A stretch of 64,000 nucleotides of DNA from an uncultured Planctomycetota bacterium (GCA_963737655.1 CAVTTN010000002.1:2528001-2592000), one strand, 5' to 3'. Positions 1 through 12,084 are shown, counted from the stretch's first letter. Made by a program: numbers and translations. Notes: generated from the letters alone by a model not told the origin.

Positions 1-175
1 TCGTTGATCCCCACCACGACGATCGGCCGAACGCCGTCGCCGACGGTAGAATTCGCAAGGTCGTCAAGGCCAATCCCTGGGCGATTTTACAAGGGGGCCG
101 AAATTACAACGGCGGCCCGACGCTCGCCACAGGCCCACGAAGGGCACCGAGGGAAACACCCAGGGAACCCTCGCG

Positions 176-205
176 GGGTGGCATGCTTACGTCTTCGTAA
201 GCATG
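176..205. repeat. Single REP-like palindrome (GGGTGGCATGCTTACG family)
   Basis: gggtggcatgcttacg-tctt-cgtaagcatg; same family as the doublet at 46680-46764. Confidence 0.7.
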
Positions 206-291
206 TCCTGGATTCGAGCCCGATATAATAGGAATTTAAGTATTTGAAAAGTCCATGTATATAAATATATTGAGTCCCGTAATCCCTGGAT

Positions 292-484
292 GGCTCATGA
301 TCCCGGATTGGTGCTTGCTCAACGACTCGTTCCCACGCTCGGCGTGGGAATGCCGTCTTCGACGCTCCGCGTCCCCTTGGTTCGTCGGCGTCCGCAGGCA
401 CGCGGAGCGTGCAAGACGGCATTCCCACGCCGAGCGTGGGAACGAGGGATATCCGACCTTATCACCAATCCGGACTCATGAGCC
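292..484. repeat. Nested palindromic REPIN/MITE-like element
   Basis: Outer IR ggctcatga.ccggattggtg (292-312 / 463-484) encloses inner IR ctcgttcccacgctcggcgtgggaatgccgtctt (326-446). A homologous element lies inverted at 16474-16720. Confidence 0.85.
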
Positions 485-1119
485 TCCCTGGATTTCTTCG
501 TGACTTCCCCCGTCCCCCTTGAGGGTTTGGGGGGAATCTCCCGATTTCTCGGCTCGGGAAGCCTGGGGCAATTTTCACTTTGGACGCCAACGCACGTAGA
601 TACGCTATGAAAGTCAAATGTTATGAGTCAAAGAGATCGGCATTCCTGGTCCGCCCCGAAGTTGACGACACATTTCGCGCAAAAAGTGCGAAAAGGGCGG
701 AAAAACCAGCCGATTCCCGCGCCAGTCACCGTTGCGCGAGCACGATTGGACACGTCAAGCACGTTTTGGTATTTGCCGCGCAAGCCCTTCCCCCTCAACG
801 GGATACCGAACGCGGCCCCGCGACCCGATCGCTCCGAAATGCGCTCCCGGCGCGCGCATTTCGGCGCACCGAGACCAATCCACGATCATTCGTCCGTTCA
901 CGAAGTCGCATGATGTTTCGGATCTCGGGTAACCCACGGCCCGGGGATTCCGCGATCGCCGGGCGTCGCGGTCGCGATGTATCGAGGGGACGGGTTGGCG
1001 CGGCCCTGGCTCGCGAGGCTGTCGTCTCGCTCCGCTCTGTCTTGCGGCCTCGGGGCCGACCCGATAGCCTGAAGGCCCGGGGGTCGGGCGGTCGGGGATC
1101 GATCTGGGAGACGTTCATC

Positions 1120-2957
1120 ATGGCGACGGCCGACGACGCGGCGGATCGGGTGGCGGCAGCGGAGAAATCCGGAGAGCTCTCGGCCTCGGCCGCGGCGGGC
1201 ATCCGCCGGTGGCTGACCGAGCCGCCGTTCGCCTCCTACCGCGATCGCCTCGTCGAGGACATCCACAACGGCCGGTGGAAGGCGCTCGACGACGCCTTCT
1301 ACGCCGTCCTGGAATTCGGCACCGGCGGCCGCCGGGGCAAGATGTACCCGGTCGGCACCAACGTCCTGAACGCCCGGACCATGGGCGAAAGCGCTCGGGG
1401 GCTGGCCGATTACGTCGCCTCGAAGAAGGGCCCGGACGCCGAGAAGTCGTGCGCCATCGCCCGCGACACCCGCCACAACTCCCCCGAATTCGCCCGGATC
1501 TGCGCCCGGGTCCTCGCCGCGGCCGGGTTCAAGGTCTATCTCTTCCCCGAATACCGCTCCACCCCCCTGCTCTCCTTCGCCGTCCGCTACCTGAAGTGCG
1601 ATTGCGGGATCATGATCACGGCCTCGCACAACGCGCCGTCGGACAATGGGTTCAAGTGCTACAACGCGGCCGGCGGCCAGGTGATCCCGCCCGACGACAC
1701 CGGCATCATCGCCTGCGTGAAGACCGCCTCCGACGGCGAGATCCCCGAGGCCGACTACGATCGGGCGGTCCGCGACGGCCAGATCGTCCTGGTGGGCAAG
1801 GAAGTCGATGACGCCTACGTCGCGGCCGTGGTCGCGCAGAGCGTCTCGGCCGACCGCGACCTGTCGATCGTCTACACCCCGATGCACGGCGTGGGCGAGA
1901 CCTCGGTGGCCGCCGCCCTCCTGGCCGACGGGTTCACGAAGCTGAACATTTTGGCGAGCCAACGCCATCCGGACGGCGATTTCCCCAACGTCCCCGGCCA
2001 CGTCTCCAACCCCGAGATCCCCAAGACGCTGGATGCCTCGATCGCCGAGGCGAAGGCGACGGGCGCCGAGCTCGTCCTGGCCAGCGACCCGGACGCCGAC
2101 CGGATCGGCGTCGGCCTGCCGGTCACGGGCGACCCCAAGGGGGACTGGACCACGCTCGACGGCAACCAGATCGGCGTGGCGATGGCCGCGTTCATCCTCC
2201 GCAAGACCAAAGCCGCCGGCAAGTTGCGCCCGAGCGACTATTTCGTCACCACCCTCGTCTCCACCCGGATGACCCGGGCGATCGCCGAGAAGGAAGGGAT
2301 CCAGGTCGAGGACGACCTGCTCGTCGGCTTCAAGTGGATCGCCGAACGGATCGACGAGACCGGCCCGAGCGATTTCCTGTTCGGGTTCGAGGAGTCGCAC
2401 GGGTATCTCAAGGGCACTCACGTCCGCGACAAGGATGCCGCCGTCGCCGCGATGATTTTCGCCGAGCTCGCCGCCTCGGCCAAGAAAGACGGCCTGACGG
2501 TCCTCCAGTACCTCGATGACCTCTACCTCGAATTCGGCCACTATGGCGAACGCCTGATCAACAAGACCATGGAAGGCCGCGAAGGGGCGGCGCAGATCAA
2601 GAAGCTCATGGCCGCGTTCCGCGACAACCCTCCCAAGGAGGTCGCGGGCCTGGCCGTGGCCGACGTTTACGACTACGGGACCCACGAGATCCGGGCGGCC
2701 GACGGCTCCAAGAAGCCCCTGCCGCGCCCTCGGGCGACCTGCTCATCTTCCACCTGGCCGAATCCGGGACCCGTTTCGCGGCAAGACCTTCGGGCACCGA
2801 GCCCAAGATCAAGTTCTACCTCTTCGCCCGGACCGACACCGCCGGGGCAACCCGCGAAACCCTGCCCGCCCTGAAGGCGAAGACCGAGGCCACGATCGAC
2901 CGGATCGCGGCCGACCTGGAAGCCTTCATCCGCTCGGCCGTCGGCGGCCCGGCCTGA
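1120..2957 (+). CDS. Phosphoglucomutase/phosphomannomutase (alpha-D-phosphohexomutase); apparent frameshift near 2729
   Basis: Motifs FGTGG, ITASHN (phosphoserine), DPDADR (metal), GFEES. C-terminal RPSGTEPKIKFY lies in another frame, ending at TGA 2955-2957. Start taken at ATG 1120. Confidence 0.9.
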
Positions 2958-2994
2958 GGGTCCCCTTCATCCCTGCAAGGCCCCGGAGGCCACG

Positions 2995-3619
2995 ATGCCT
3001 TTTCGCCTCCTACGCCTCGGCGGCCGACGTGGCCCGGGCCCACGGCATCCAGTGGCGGCGGACCGAGTTCATCGAGCCGGTCCCATTCGCTCTGGGCGAA
3101 CATTTCCGATCCGAATGGGATTTTTCGCTTCATGAAATCCCGTTCGAGCGGTCCGAGGCGTCGGTCTGCGAGAACCTGGTCTATCCGATGCACCGGGAAG
3201 TCTGGAAGCCGCATCGGGATGCGTTGACCCTCTGGAGCCAGGAGCCCCTGGTCCTGGACGCGGACCTGAGCGGGGTTCCGGATTACGTCGTGTCGAGGCG
3301 GTCGCCGCTCGGGCCGTTCGTCCCCGATCAGCCGTTCTTCCCGGTGGTCGAGGCCAAGAGGGACGACGTCGTCCGGGGCTGGGGCCAGTGCCTGGCCGCG
3401 ATGAGGGCCGCCCAGAAGCTCAGCGGCCTTCGCGACGGGACATTCTTCGGGGCGACGGCCAGCGGCCGGGCCTGGGAATTCGGCCAGATCTCGGGCGACC
3501 GCTTCACCCAGGACCCCCGGCCGTTCCCCTCGGCCGAGGTCGAGCGCGTCGCGTCCGCATTGAACTTCGTGGTCCGCCGGTGTCGGGGACAGGCCCTCGC
3601 CGAACCCGTCCTCGCTTGA
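2995..3619 (+). CDS. PD-(D/E)xK-fold nuclease-like hypothetical protein; extra T near 3000 shifts the start
   Basis: GVPDYVV...VVEAKR...GWGQCLAAM motif. Removing one T gives MPFASYASAADVARAH in frame with ORF 3029-3619. Confidence 0.65.
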
Positions 3620-3698
3620 CCGGGCACGGCCCCGGGCCCCAGAATTGAAGAGAAGATCGAGGAGATCGACCGCCCGTCCAACGGATTGAACCTGCGTC

Positions 3699-5036
3699 AT
3701 GGCCAGCACCGACGACCCGGCCCAGGCCACCCTCGGCCCCTCCGAAAAAGTCCGCAGCTTCCCCACCTCGCCCGGCGTGTACCTGATGAAGGACGCCCAG
3801 GGCCGGGTCGTCTACATCGGCAAGGCCAAGAACCTCCGAAGCCGCGCCGGCTCCTACTTCCAGAAGACCGCCGAGGCGGACCCCCGGATCAAGGACTGGA
3901 TCGGCGAGGTCGTCGACATCGACTTCCTCCCGGCCGACAGCGAGGTCGATGCCCTGTTGATGGAAGCCCGGCTGATCAAGGACATCCAGCCCAAGCACAA
4001 CGCCGACCTCAAGGACGACAAGAGCTTCCCGTATCTCCAAATCACGACGGGCGAAGACTTTCCGCGAGTGAACTTCACCCGCGAACCTCTGGACCGAGGC
4101 GTGAAGCTCTATGGGCCGTTCCCCCGGGCCAAGAGCCTCCGGGGGGCGATCCAGGTCCTTCAAAAAATCTTCAAATTCCGCACCTGCTCGCTCGACATCG
4201 ACGCCGACGACCCCCGATGGCGATGGTTCCGGCCCTGCCTGCTCGCCTCCATCGACCAATGCACGGCCCCATGCAACCTGAGGATCGATCGCGAGGCGTA
4301 CCGGAAGGACATCCGCCGGTTGAGGCTGTTCCTCGACGGCAAGAAGGAGGCCGTCCTCTCCGAGATGGAAGAGGAGATGAAGGAGGCGAGCCGGAACCTC
4401 CAGTTCGAGAAGGCGGCGAGGCTCCGCGACGAGCTGAAGTCCTTGAAAAACCTGAACTTGCGCGGCAATCTCGCCGACCATGCCCAGCCCGAGGTCTTCT
4501 ACCAGGACCCGAAGCGCGGCCTCCGGGGGCTGCAAAAGGTGCTCAAGCTCGAATCGATGCCCCGGACGATCCACGGCGTCGATATCGCCCACCTCGGCGG
4601 GACCGAGACCGTCGGCTCCCTCGTCACGTTCATCGACGGCCTGCCGTTCAAGCCGGGCTATCGCAAGTACAAGATCAAGAGCGTGGCCGGCGTGGATGAT
4701 TACGCGTCGATCCGCGAGGTCGTGAGCCGGCGAATCCAGGGGCTCCAGGAGCGCGACGAGCCGTTCCCGGACATCTGGATGATCGACGGAGGGAAAGGCC
4801 AGCTCAACGCCGCGCTCTCGGCCTTCGAGGCGCTGAAGGTCCAGCCGCCGACCCTGATCTCCCTGGCGAAGCAGGAGGAGGAAATTTATGTTCCGGGTCG
4901 TTCCGATCCGATCGTTTTGAGCCGCCGGTCGTTCGCGCTCCGGCTCCTCCAGTACGTCCGGGACGAGTCCCACCGGTTCGCCCAGCACTATCACCACATG
5001 CTCCGCAAGAAGAGGACGCTGGGCGAGGGGGGCTGA
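3699..5036 (+). CDS. uvrC: Excinuclease ABC subunit C, short form lacking the C-terminal HhH domain
   Basis: GIY-YIG (PGVYLMK..YIGKAKNLRSR), Cys-rich region, UVR domain (FEKAARLRDE), RNase H-like domain (DIAH, DDY, IDGGKGQL, RDESHRFA). Confidence 0.92.
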   Translation: MASTDDPAQATLGPSEKVRSFPTSPGVYLMKDAQGRVVYIGKAKNLRSRAGSYFQKTAEADPRIKDWIGEVVDIDFLPADSEVDALLMEARLIKDIQPKHNADLKDDKSFPYLQITTGEDFPRVNFTREPLDRGVKLYGPFPRAKSLRGAIQVLQKIFKFRTCSLDIDADDPRWRWFRPCLLASIDQCTAPCNLRIDREAYRKDIRRLRLFLDGKKEAVLSEMEEEMKEASRNLQFEKAARLRDELKSLKNLNLRGNLADHAQPEVFYQDPKRGLRGLQKVLKLESMPRTIHGVDIAHLGGTETVGSLVTFIDGLPFKPGYRKYKIKSVAGVDDYASIREVVSRRIQGLQERDEPFPDIWMIDGGKGQLNAALSAFEALKVQPPTLISLAKQEEEIYVPGRSDPIVLSRRSFALRLLQYVRDESHRFAQHYHHMLRKKRTLGEGG

Positions 5037-5079
5037 AGTTGGCTTCAGGATTCGTCTTACGGCAGATCGCGCCCTTCGT

Positions 5080-5138
5080 GTAGGGCAGGCCTCGGCCTGC
5101 CGGGATTGGCCGGATCGGCAGGCCGAGGCCTGCCCTAC
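5080..5138. repeat. GTAG-family REP doublet (REPIN)
   Basis: gtagggcaggcctcggcctgcc ... ggcaggccgaggcctgccctac inverted pair. Confidence 0.85.
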
Positions 5139-5190
5139 GAAGAACCGTCGTGCGCCATCCGAGCTGGGACGGAGACGCGGAGGATCGACG

Positions 5191-5811
5191 ATGAAGGCCA
5201 GGAACCTCTCGATCGCGGGGCTGATGGCCGGCGTGGCCGGCGTGGCGGTCGCCTCGGCGGCGCTTCGGAATGCCTCGGCCATGTGGGCGAGTGCCCTGTT
5301 CTCGCTCGACCTGGCCCTTGTGGCCTCGGGGATCGTCCTGGCGGTCGTGAGGACCGGCCGAAGCCGGGGGTTCTGGCTGGGGCTGGTCGTGTTTGCCGGC
5401 GGCTATCTCGCGATCGTCTTCGGGGTCCTGTCCCACCGCCACGGCACCGCCCCGCCGCCGTTGATCACGAAACCGCTGGTCGATTCCGCCGAATTGCGGA
5501 TCTACGACACCCCGGAGCGTGATGTTTACGAGGGGAACCTCCCGGGCGAGAGCCTCGAACCCCCCCGGCTGACGTTCCAGTCCGGCGCTCACCGGATCAT
5601 CAACGGCAGTCGGGGAGACGGTACGCAGGGACAGCTCTTTTTCAAGCCGTCGTCGAGAGCGGGCCTCCCCGCGAACGCGACGACGCCGATCGTCGATGCC
5701 CACCAGTTCCGCCGGGTCGCCCACGCCTTGCTCGCCCTCTTCTCGGGGCTGATCGGCGGCCTGATCGGCCGATCCGGGGCGAGGCCCGGTCAGACCGCCA
5801 CCCAGACCTGA
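5191..5811 (+). CDS. Planctomycete-type membrane protein (SIxGLM N-terminus, RxFWxG motif)
   Basis: Several hydrophobic segments; motif layout shared with 54813-55337. Confidence 0.7.
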   Translation: MKARNLSIAGLMAGVAGVAVASAALRNASAMWASALFSLDLALVASGIVLAVVRTGRSRGFWLGLVVFAGGYLAIVFGVLSHRHGTAPPPLITKPLVDSAELRIYDTPERDVYEGNLPGESLEPPRLTFQSGAHRIINGSRGDGTQGQLFFKPSSRAGLPANATTPIVDAHQFRRVAHALLALFSGLIGGLIGRSGARPGQTATQT

Positions 5812-6098
5812 CCGTCCTCGCGGACCTCGCAGGCGAACCGATGGAGCGACTCCCCCCGGACCGTCGTGCATCGGCCCGTGGAGAGCTTGAACCTCCATTG
5901 ATGCAACGGGCAGACCGCCTCGCCGTCGTCGATCCATCCGCTGCCCATCGGCCCGTTGGCGTGGGGGCATCGGCCCAGGAGGGCGAAGAACTCGCCGCGG
6001 TCGTTGAAGATCGCCAGGCGGAGGCCGTCGATCTCGACCGCACGGCCCCGGCCCTCGGCCACCTCGTCCGCCCGGCAGGCCGGGGTGAATTCCGCCAT
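5790..6098 (-). CDS. Rieske [2Fe-2S] ferredoxin (NirD-like size)
   Basis: CPH and CPLH Rieske motifs; start MAEFTPAC at 6098. Confidence 0.88.
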   Translation of the reverse strand: MAEFTPACRADEVAEGRGRAVEIDGLRLAIFNDRGEFFALLGRCPHANGPMGSGWIDDGEAVCPLHQWRFKLSTGRCTTVRGESLHRFACEVREDGQVWVAV

Positions 6099-6225
6099 CG
6101 CTGAGGATCTCCGAGGAATCTCGGGGAACGAAGAAATTCGGACTTGCATCTCGTGGCGGCGGTTGGGTAAATTACAAACGCGCCGAGTGCCCGTCGGCCG
6201 ACCCCCTGGGATGCAACCCCTCGCG

Positions 6226-7152
6226 ATGATGAATCGCCGCCGCGCCCTGGCCGCCTTCGGTTCTCTGGCCGCCCTCCCGGTCTCGGGATGCGGGGCGGGC
6301 GGGTCGTCGACGCCGGACCTGGTCTGGGGCATCCATGGGACCAGGGACGGCTGGCTCCACAAGCCCCGGGTCGCCGCGTTCGACTCCCAGGACCAACTCT
6401 ACATCGCCGACCTCACGGACCGCATCCAGGTCTTCGACCGGGACGGGAAGTTCCTCCGGGCCTGGCGGACGCCGTCGCTCAACATCGACGGCCCGAACGG
6501 CCTGACCGTCGATCGGTTCAACCGGGTCCTCGTGGCCGACACCCATTTCTACCGGGTCCTGGTCTACGACCGCTACGGGAGCCTGATGTTCCAGGTCGGC
6601 GACGGGATCCAGGGCGAGGAGCCGGGCCGGTTCACCTATCCGACCGACGCCGTGATCGACTCCCGGGGGAATTTCCTCGTGAGCGACTACGGCAACACGG
6701 ACCGGATCCTCGTGTTCAGCCCCGAGGGGAAATTCCTCCGCGAGTGGGGCGGCCACGGCTACGAGCCGGGCGAGTTCCTCCGCCCCCGGGCGATCGCGAT
6801 CGACGCGAAGGACCGGCTCTACGTCGCCGATAGCTGCAACCATCGCATCCAGATCTTCGACACGAACGGGAAGGTCCTCCAGATCATCGGCGGGACTCGC
6901 GGCGTGAAGATGGGCGAGATGGCGTTCCCGTATGACGTGGCCCTGGGCCGCGACGGCTCGATCTTCGCGGTCGAATACGGCAACAGCCGGGTCCAGAAGT
7001 TCTCGGCCGACGGCCGGTCCCTGGGGGTCTGGGGCGGCCACGGGCGCGACCCGGGCCGGATGAACAACCCGTGGGCCCTCGCCGTCGATAGCCGGGGGGC
7101 GGTGTCGGTGATCGACTCGAACAACCACCGGGTCCAGCGGTTTCGGCTCTGA
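6226..7152 (+). CDS. NHL-repeat beta-propeller lipoprotein, probable Tat substrate
   Basis: MNRRRAL...VSGC twin-arginine plus lipobox; repeated FxxPxxxAxDxxGxxxVxDxxNxRIQ NHL units. Confidence 0.85.
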   Translation: MMNRRRALAAFGSLAALPVSGCGAGGSSTPDLVWGIHGTRDGWLHKPRVAAFDSQDQLYIADLTDRIQVFDRDGKFLRAWRTPSLNIDGPNGLTVDRFNRVLVADTHFYRVLVYDRYGSLMFQVGDGIQGEEPGRFTYPTDAVIDSRGNFLVSDYGNTDRILVFSPEGKFLREWGGHGYEPGEFLRPRAIAIDAKDRLYVADSCNHRIQIFDTNGKVLQIIGGTRGVKMGEMAFPYDVALGRDGSIFAVEYGNSRVQKFSADGRSLGVWGGHGRDPGRMNNPWALAVDSRGAVSVIDSNNHRVQRFRL

Positions 7153-7176
7153 TCGGGCCGTCAGGAGAGCGTTCCG

Positions 7177-10100
7177 ATGATGGGCAACCTCTCGATCACG
7201 GTCGGCAACTGGTGGTGGCTGATCGCCCTGCCGGTGGTGGTCCCGCCCCTGATCCTGATGAGCGTCAAGAGCCTCTCCGGCCTGGGCCGGGCCCGGCAGG
7301 CCATCGCCATCCTGTTCCGCACCCTGGTGGTGACCCTGATCATCCTGGCGTTGGCGCAGGTCCAGGCCGTCCGCCGCAACGACAAGCTCACGACGATCTT
7401 CCTCGTCGATCGCTCCGAGAGCATCCCGAACGCCCCGAACTGGGGCGATCAGGCGCTCGCTTACGTGAACGCGGCGATCAAGTCCCAGAAACGGACCGAC
7501 GACCTGGCCGGCGTGGTCGTCTTCGGCAAGGAGCCGAAGGTCGAGGTCCCGCCGTCGAGCCACCCGCCCACGCTCAACGGGATCGAGAACGTCCCCGACG
7601 CCGAGTTCACCGACCTGGCCTCCGCGATCAAGCTCGCCCTGGCCTCGTTCCCCGAGGACACCGCCCGGCGGCTCGTGATCCTCTCCGACGGCAACGAGAA
7701 CCGCGGCAACGCGATCGAGCAGGCCATCGCCGCCGAGGGGCTGAAGGTCCAGATCGACGTCCTACCTATTGATTATCGGTATGACGACGAGGTCCTCGTC
7801 GAGAAGGTCTCCACGCCGCCCGACGTGAAGCAGGGGGAGACCGTCAACATCAACGTGGTGATCCGGGCGGCGTCCCCGGCGAAGGGCAAGCTGCAGATCT
7901 TCCGCAAGACCGACAACCACTCGATCCCCCTGACCGACCAGCCGGTCGTGGTCGATCTCCAGCGCGGGATCAACGTCAAGACGATCAAGCAGACGATCGA
8001 GGACCCGGCGTTCTACACCTATACCGCCGAGTTCATCCCCGACGCCGACAGCGGCGACCGCCGCCGGACCAACAACGTCGCGCAAACCTTCGTCCACGCC
8101 CGGGGGATCGCCAACGTCCTCTTGATCGAGGGGACGCGCGGCGAGCACGAGGAGCTCGTCTCGGCCCTGAGGACCAAGGGCCTGCGGGTCGACGTGAAGG
8201 TCGCGCCGAAGATCGAGGCCTCGGGGATCGTCGGCGGCGACCAGTTGCCGACGGACATCGCGCAGCTCCAGCCGTATGACGCGGTGGTCCTGGGCAACGT
8301 CCCCAAGGAGGCGTTCACCGAGGAGCAGATCAAGCTCCTGGCCTCGAACTGCCACGACATGGGCGGCGGCCTCGTCATGATCGGCGGGCCGAACAGCTTC
8401 GGCGCCGGCGGCTGGATGAATACCGAGATCGAGAAGGCCCTGCCCGTCGACATGCAGATCAAGGCCATGAAGGTCATGGGCAAGAGCGCCCTGGTCATGG
8501 TCATGCACGCCAGCGAGATCCCCGAGGGCAACTACTGGCAGAAGGTCGTCTCGCAGGAGGCCCTGAAGACGCTCTCCCCCTACGACTACGCCGGGATGCT
8601 CCACTGGGAGAACGAGGAGGCGTGGCTCTTCACACTCCAGCCGATCGGCGAGAGGAAGGGGATGATGCTCCGGGCCATCGACCGGATGACCCCCGGCGAC
8701 ATGCCCGACTTCGACCCGTCGCTCCAGATGGGGATCAAGGCGCTCAAGTCCAAGACCGACGCGATGACCAAGCACTTCATCGTGATCAGCGACGGCGACC
8801 CGACCCCGCCGACCACCCAGGTCGTCAACCAGCTCGTGGCGAACAAGATCACGGTCACGGCCGTGCTGGTGGCGGCCCACGGCGGCGACTTCGTGGGCGT
8901 CTCGGCGATGCAGAACCTCGCCAACAAGACCAAGGGCCGGTTCTACAACGTCACCAACCCCAAGGCCCTGCCGAGGATCTACCAGAAAGAAGCCCGGCTG
9001 ATCTCCCGCCCCCTGATCTTCGAGCAGCCGAAGGCCTGGGCGCCCCAGGTCCGCATGTTCTCCGAGCCGATTTTGGGCCTGCCGGACAAGCTCCCGGGCA
9101 TCAACGGCCTGGTCCTCACCGAGCTCAAGGAGAGCGAGCTGGTGGAGATGCCTTTGGTGTCTCCGTTGCCGGCCGGGCAGGTCAATCCGCTGCTCGCCCA
9201 CTGGACGTATGGCCTGGGCCGGGCCGTCGCGTTCACCTCCGACGCCGGGAGGAAGTGGACCACCGCCTGGCCGAGCTGGGACAGCTACGCCGCGTTCTGG
9301 TCCCAGGTGATCCGCTGGTCGCTCCGGCCCACCGACAGCGGCAACCTGACGATGAGCCTCCGCCGGGAAGACGGCCGGATCAAGGTCGTGATCGACGCCC
9401 TGGACAAGCAGGACCAGTTCCTCAACTACCTCCAGATCCAGGGGAACGTGCTCAACCCGGACGTCAAGACCGAGTCGCTCCAGCTCTCGCAGACCGCCCC
9501 GGGCCGGTACGAGGCGACGATCGACAAGGCCGAGGCCCGCGGCAACTACTTCGTGAACCTGGGGGCCCGAGGGCCCGACGGCAAGCAGATCTTCATCAGC
9601 GGAGGCGTCTCGGTCCCCTATTCGGACGAGTACCGCGAGCTCAAGTCGAACCCGGAGAAGCTCGCCGAGCTCGCCGGCATGACCGACGGCAAGGAGCTCC
9701 GGTGGATGTACCGGAAGGACGGCCGGCTGGACCTGGACGCCACCGTCCGCACCGCCGACGTCTTCCGCCGGGACCCGAGCATGGTCCCTCCGAGCAGCTT
9801 CACGGACCTCTGGCCGCCGTTGCTCTGGCTGGCCGCGTGCCTGTTCCTGGGCGACGTGGCCGTCCGGCGGGTCTCGCCCGACTTCGAGAGGATGCGAAAG
9901 AACCTGGGCGACGCCTGGAAGACGCTCCGGGGCCGAGAAGTCGCCCCGGCCACCGACTACATGGAGAAGCTCAAGGGCCGCAAGGCCGAGGTCGCCGAGC
10001 AGATCGACCGGGGCCGCTCCGCCACGAGGTTCGAGGCCCCGCCGACCTCGACGATCATCCCGGAGAACTTCGAGCCGGTCGACGAGCCGCTCCTCGGAGG

Positions 10101-10266
10101 CCCCGCCGCCCCCGAGGCCGCGAAGCCCTCGCCCGGCCGGACTTCGCCGAAACCCGGGATGGCCCCCGAGAAGAAGGAGCCGGCCCCGGAGAGCTACACC
10201 AATCGCCTGTTGAAGGCCAAGCAGAAGGTCTGGGAAGATCGGGAGAAGGACAAAGACAAGCCGTGA
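7177..10266 (+). CDS. Membrane-anchored vWA + glutamine-amidotransferase-like domain protein
   Basis: N-terminal TM segments, DRSES MIDAS, LSDG and ISDG motifs, GGGLVMIGGPNSFGAGGW (DUF1355/GAT-like), YGLGRAVAFTSD, C-terminal TM. Confidence 0.85.
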   Translation: MMGNLSITVGNWWWLIALPVVVPPLILMSVKSLSGLGRARQAIAILFRTLVVTLIILALAQVQAVRRNDKLTTIFLVDRSESIPNAPNWGDQALAYVNAAIKSQKRTDDLAGVVVFGKEPKVEVPPSSHPPTLNGIENVPDAEFTDLASAIKLALASFPEDTARRLVILSDGNENRGNAIEQAIAAEGLKVQIDVLPIDYRYDDEVLVEKVSTPPDVKQGETVNINVVIRAASPAKGKLQIFRKTDNHSIPLTDQPVVVDLQRGINVKTIKQTIEDPAFYTYTAEFIPDADSGDRRRTNNVAQTFVHARGIANVLLIEGTRGEHEELVSALRTKGLRVDVKVAPKIEASGIVGGDQLPTDIAQLQPYDAVVLGNVPKEAFTEEQIKLLASNCHDMGGGLVMIGGPNSFGAGGWMNTEIEKALPVDMQIKAMKVMGKSALVMVMHASEIPEGNYWQKVVSQEALKTLSPYDYAGMLHWENEEAWLFTLQPIGERKGMMLRAIDRMTPGDMPDFDPSLQMGIKALKSKTDAMTKHFIVISDGDPTPPTTQVVNQLVANKITVTAVLVAAHGGDFVGVSAMQNLANKTKGRFYNVTNPKALPRIYQKEARLISRPLIFEQPKAWAPQVRMFSEPILGLPDKLPGINGLVLTELKESELVEMPLVSPLPAGQVNPLLAHWTYGLGRAVAFTSDAGRKWTTAWPSWDSYAAFWSQVIRWSLRPTDSGNLTMSLRREDGRIKVVIDALDKQDQFLNYLQIQGNVLNPDVKTESLQLSQTAPGRYEATIDKAEARGNYFVNLGARGPDGKQIFISGGVSVPYSDEYRELKSNPEKLAELAGMTDGKELRWMYRKDGRLDLDATVRTADVFRRDPSMVPPSSFTDLWPPLLWLAACLFLGDVAVRRVSPDFERMRKNLGDAWKTLRGREVAPATDYMEKLKGRKAEVAEQIDRGRSATRFEAPPTSTIIPENFEPVDEPLLGGPAAPEAAKPSPGRTSPKPGMAPEKKEPAPESYTNRLLKAKQKVWEDREKDKDKP

Positions 10267-10339
10267 ACCGGAGGCGGCCCACCCTCTTCCCTGGGGCCTC
10301 ACCGACCTGCCCACGGCGTCGAGAATCCGAGGAACCGCG

Positions 10340-10970
10340 ATGGCCACGGCAATCGAGACATTGACGATCCCGGAGATGACCTCGGAGGCTCGCCGGGCCG
10401 TATGCGTTCCGCGCCGACCAGTTCCTCGTCATGATCGAGGTGGGCCTCTTCGCCGACGAGGAACTGGTCGAACTCTGGGAAGGGCAGGTCGTTCGGAAGA
10501 TGGCCAAGAGCTTGCCGCATGCCATGTCCTACGGGCTGGCGGTCGAGGCGTTCTTCCGGGTCCTCCCGCCGGGCTGGTGCGTCTGGCCCGAGAACCCCCT
10601 GGTGATCGGCCCGAAGGCGGTCCCCCTGCCCGACCTGACCATCCTCCGGGGCCGACTGAAGGACTACTGGGACCGCCACCCCCAAGCCTCCGACGTCGGC
10701 CTGATCGTGGAGGTGGCGCAAACCAGCCTGAGGACCGACATCGGCTCGAAGCTCCAGGGCTACGCGAGGGCCGGCATCCCGGCGTACTGGGTCATCGATC
10801 TCATCCACTCCGAGGTCCGCACCTTCGCCGATCCGTCGGATTCCGAGGCGAAGGACCGGACGGAGATCGCCTACCGACGGGGACAATCGATCCCGCTGAC
10901 GCTCGATGGCGTCGCCATCCCGCCGATCCCCGTCGATGACCTCCTGCCGCCCTCTCCGCCGGGCCGTTAG
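10340..10970 (+). CDS. Uma2-family endonuclease; apparent frameshift near 10396
   Basis: VELWEG, PLPD, LIVEVAQTSL..D...K...YARAGIPAYWVID. The MATAI start is in another frame and joins after removing one G. Confidence 0.85.
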
Positions 10971-11052
10971 CGACTCCGAAGCCCCCTGCATCGATCGAGA
11001 AGAGAAAACCGTCCGCAACCTCCGAAATCGAAATCACCCAGGACCCCCGACG

Positions 11053-12084
<1,032 letters not shown>

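Noticed and set aside
1..90. Possible start of a minus-strand gene (..VRPIVVVGIN) running off the window
   Set aside because: Too short to identify or to place a start.
580..1119. N-terminal extensions in the ORF track (phosphomutase; also XPB to 57862, PVC protein to 20326, DPP-IV from 30183)
   Set aside because: Low-complexity Arg/Pro/Gly translations; better starts exist downstream at family N-termini, signal peptides or RBS sites.
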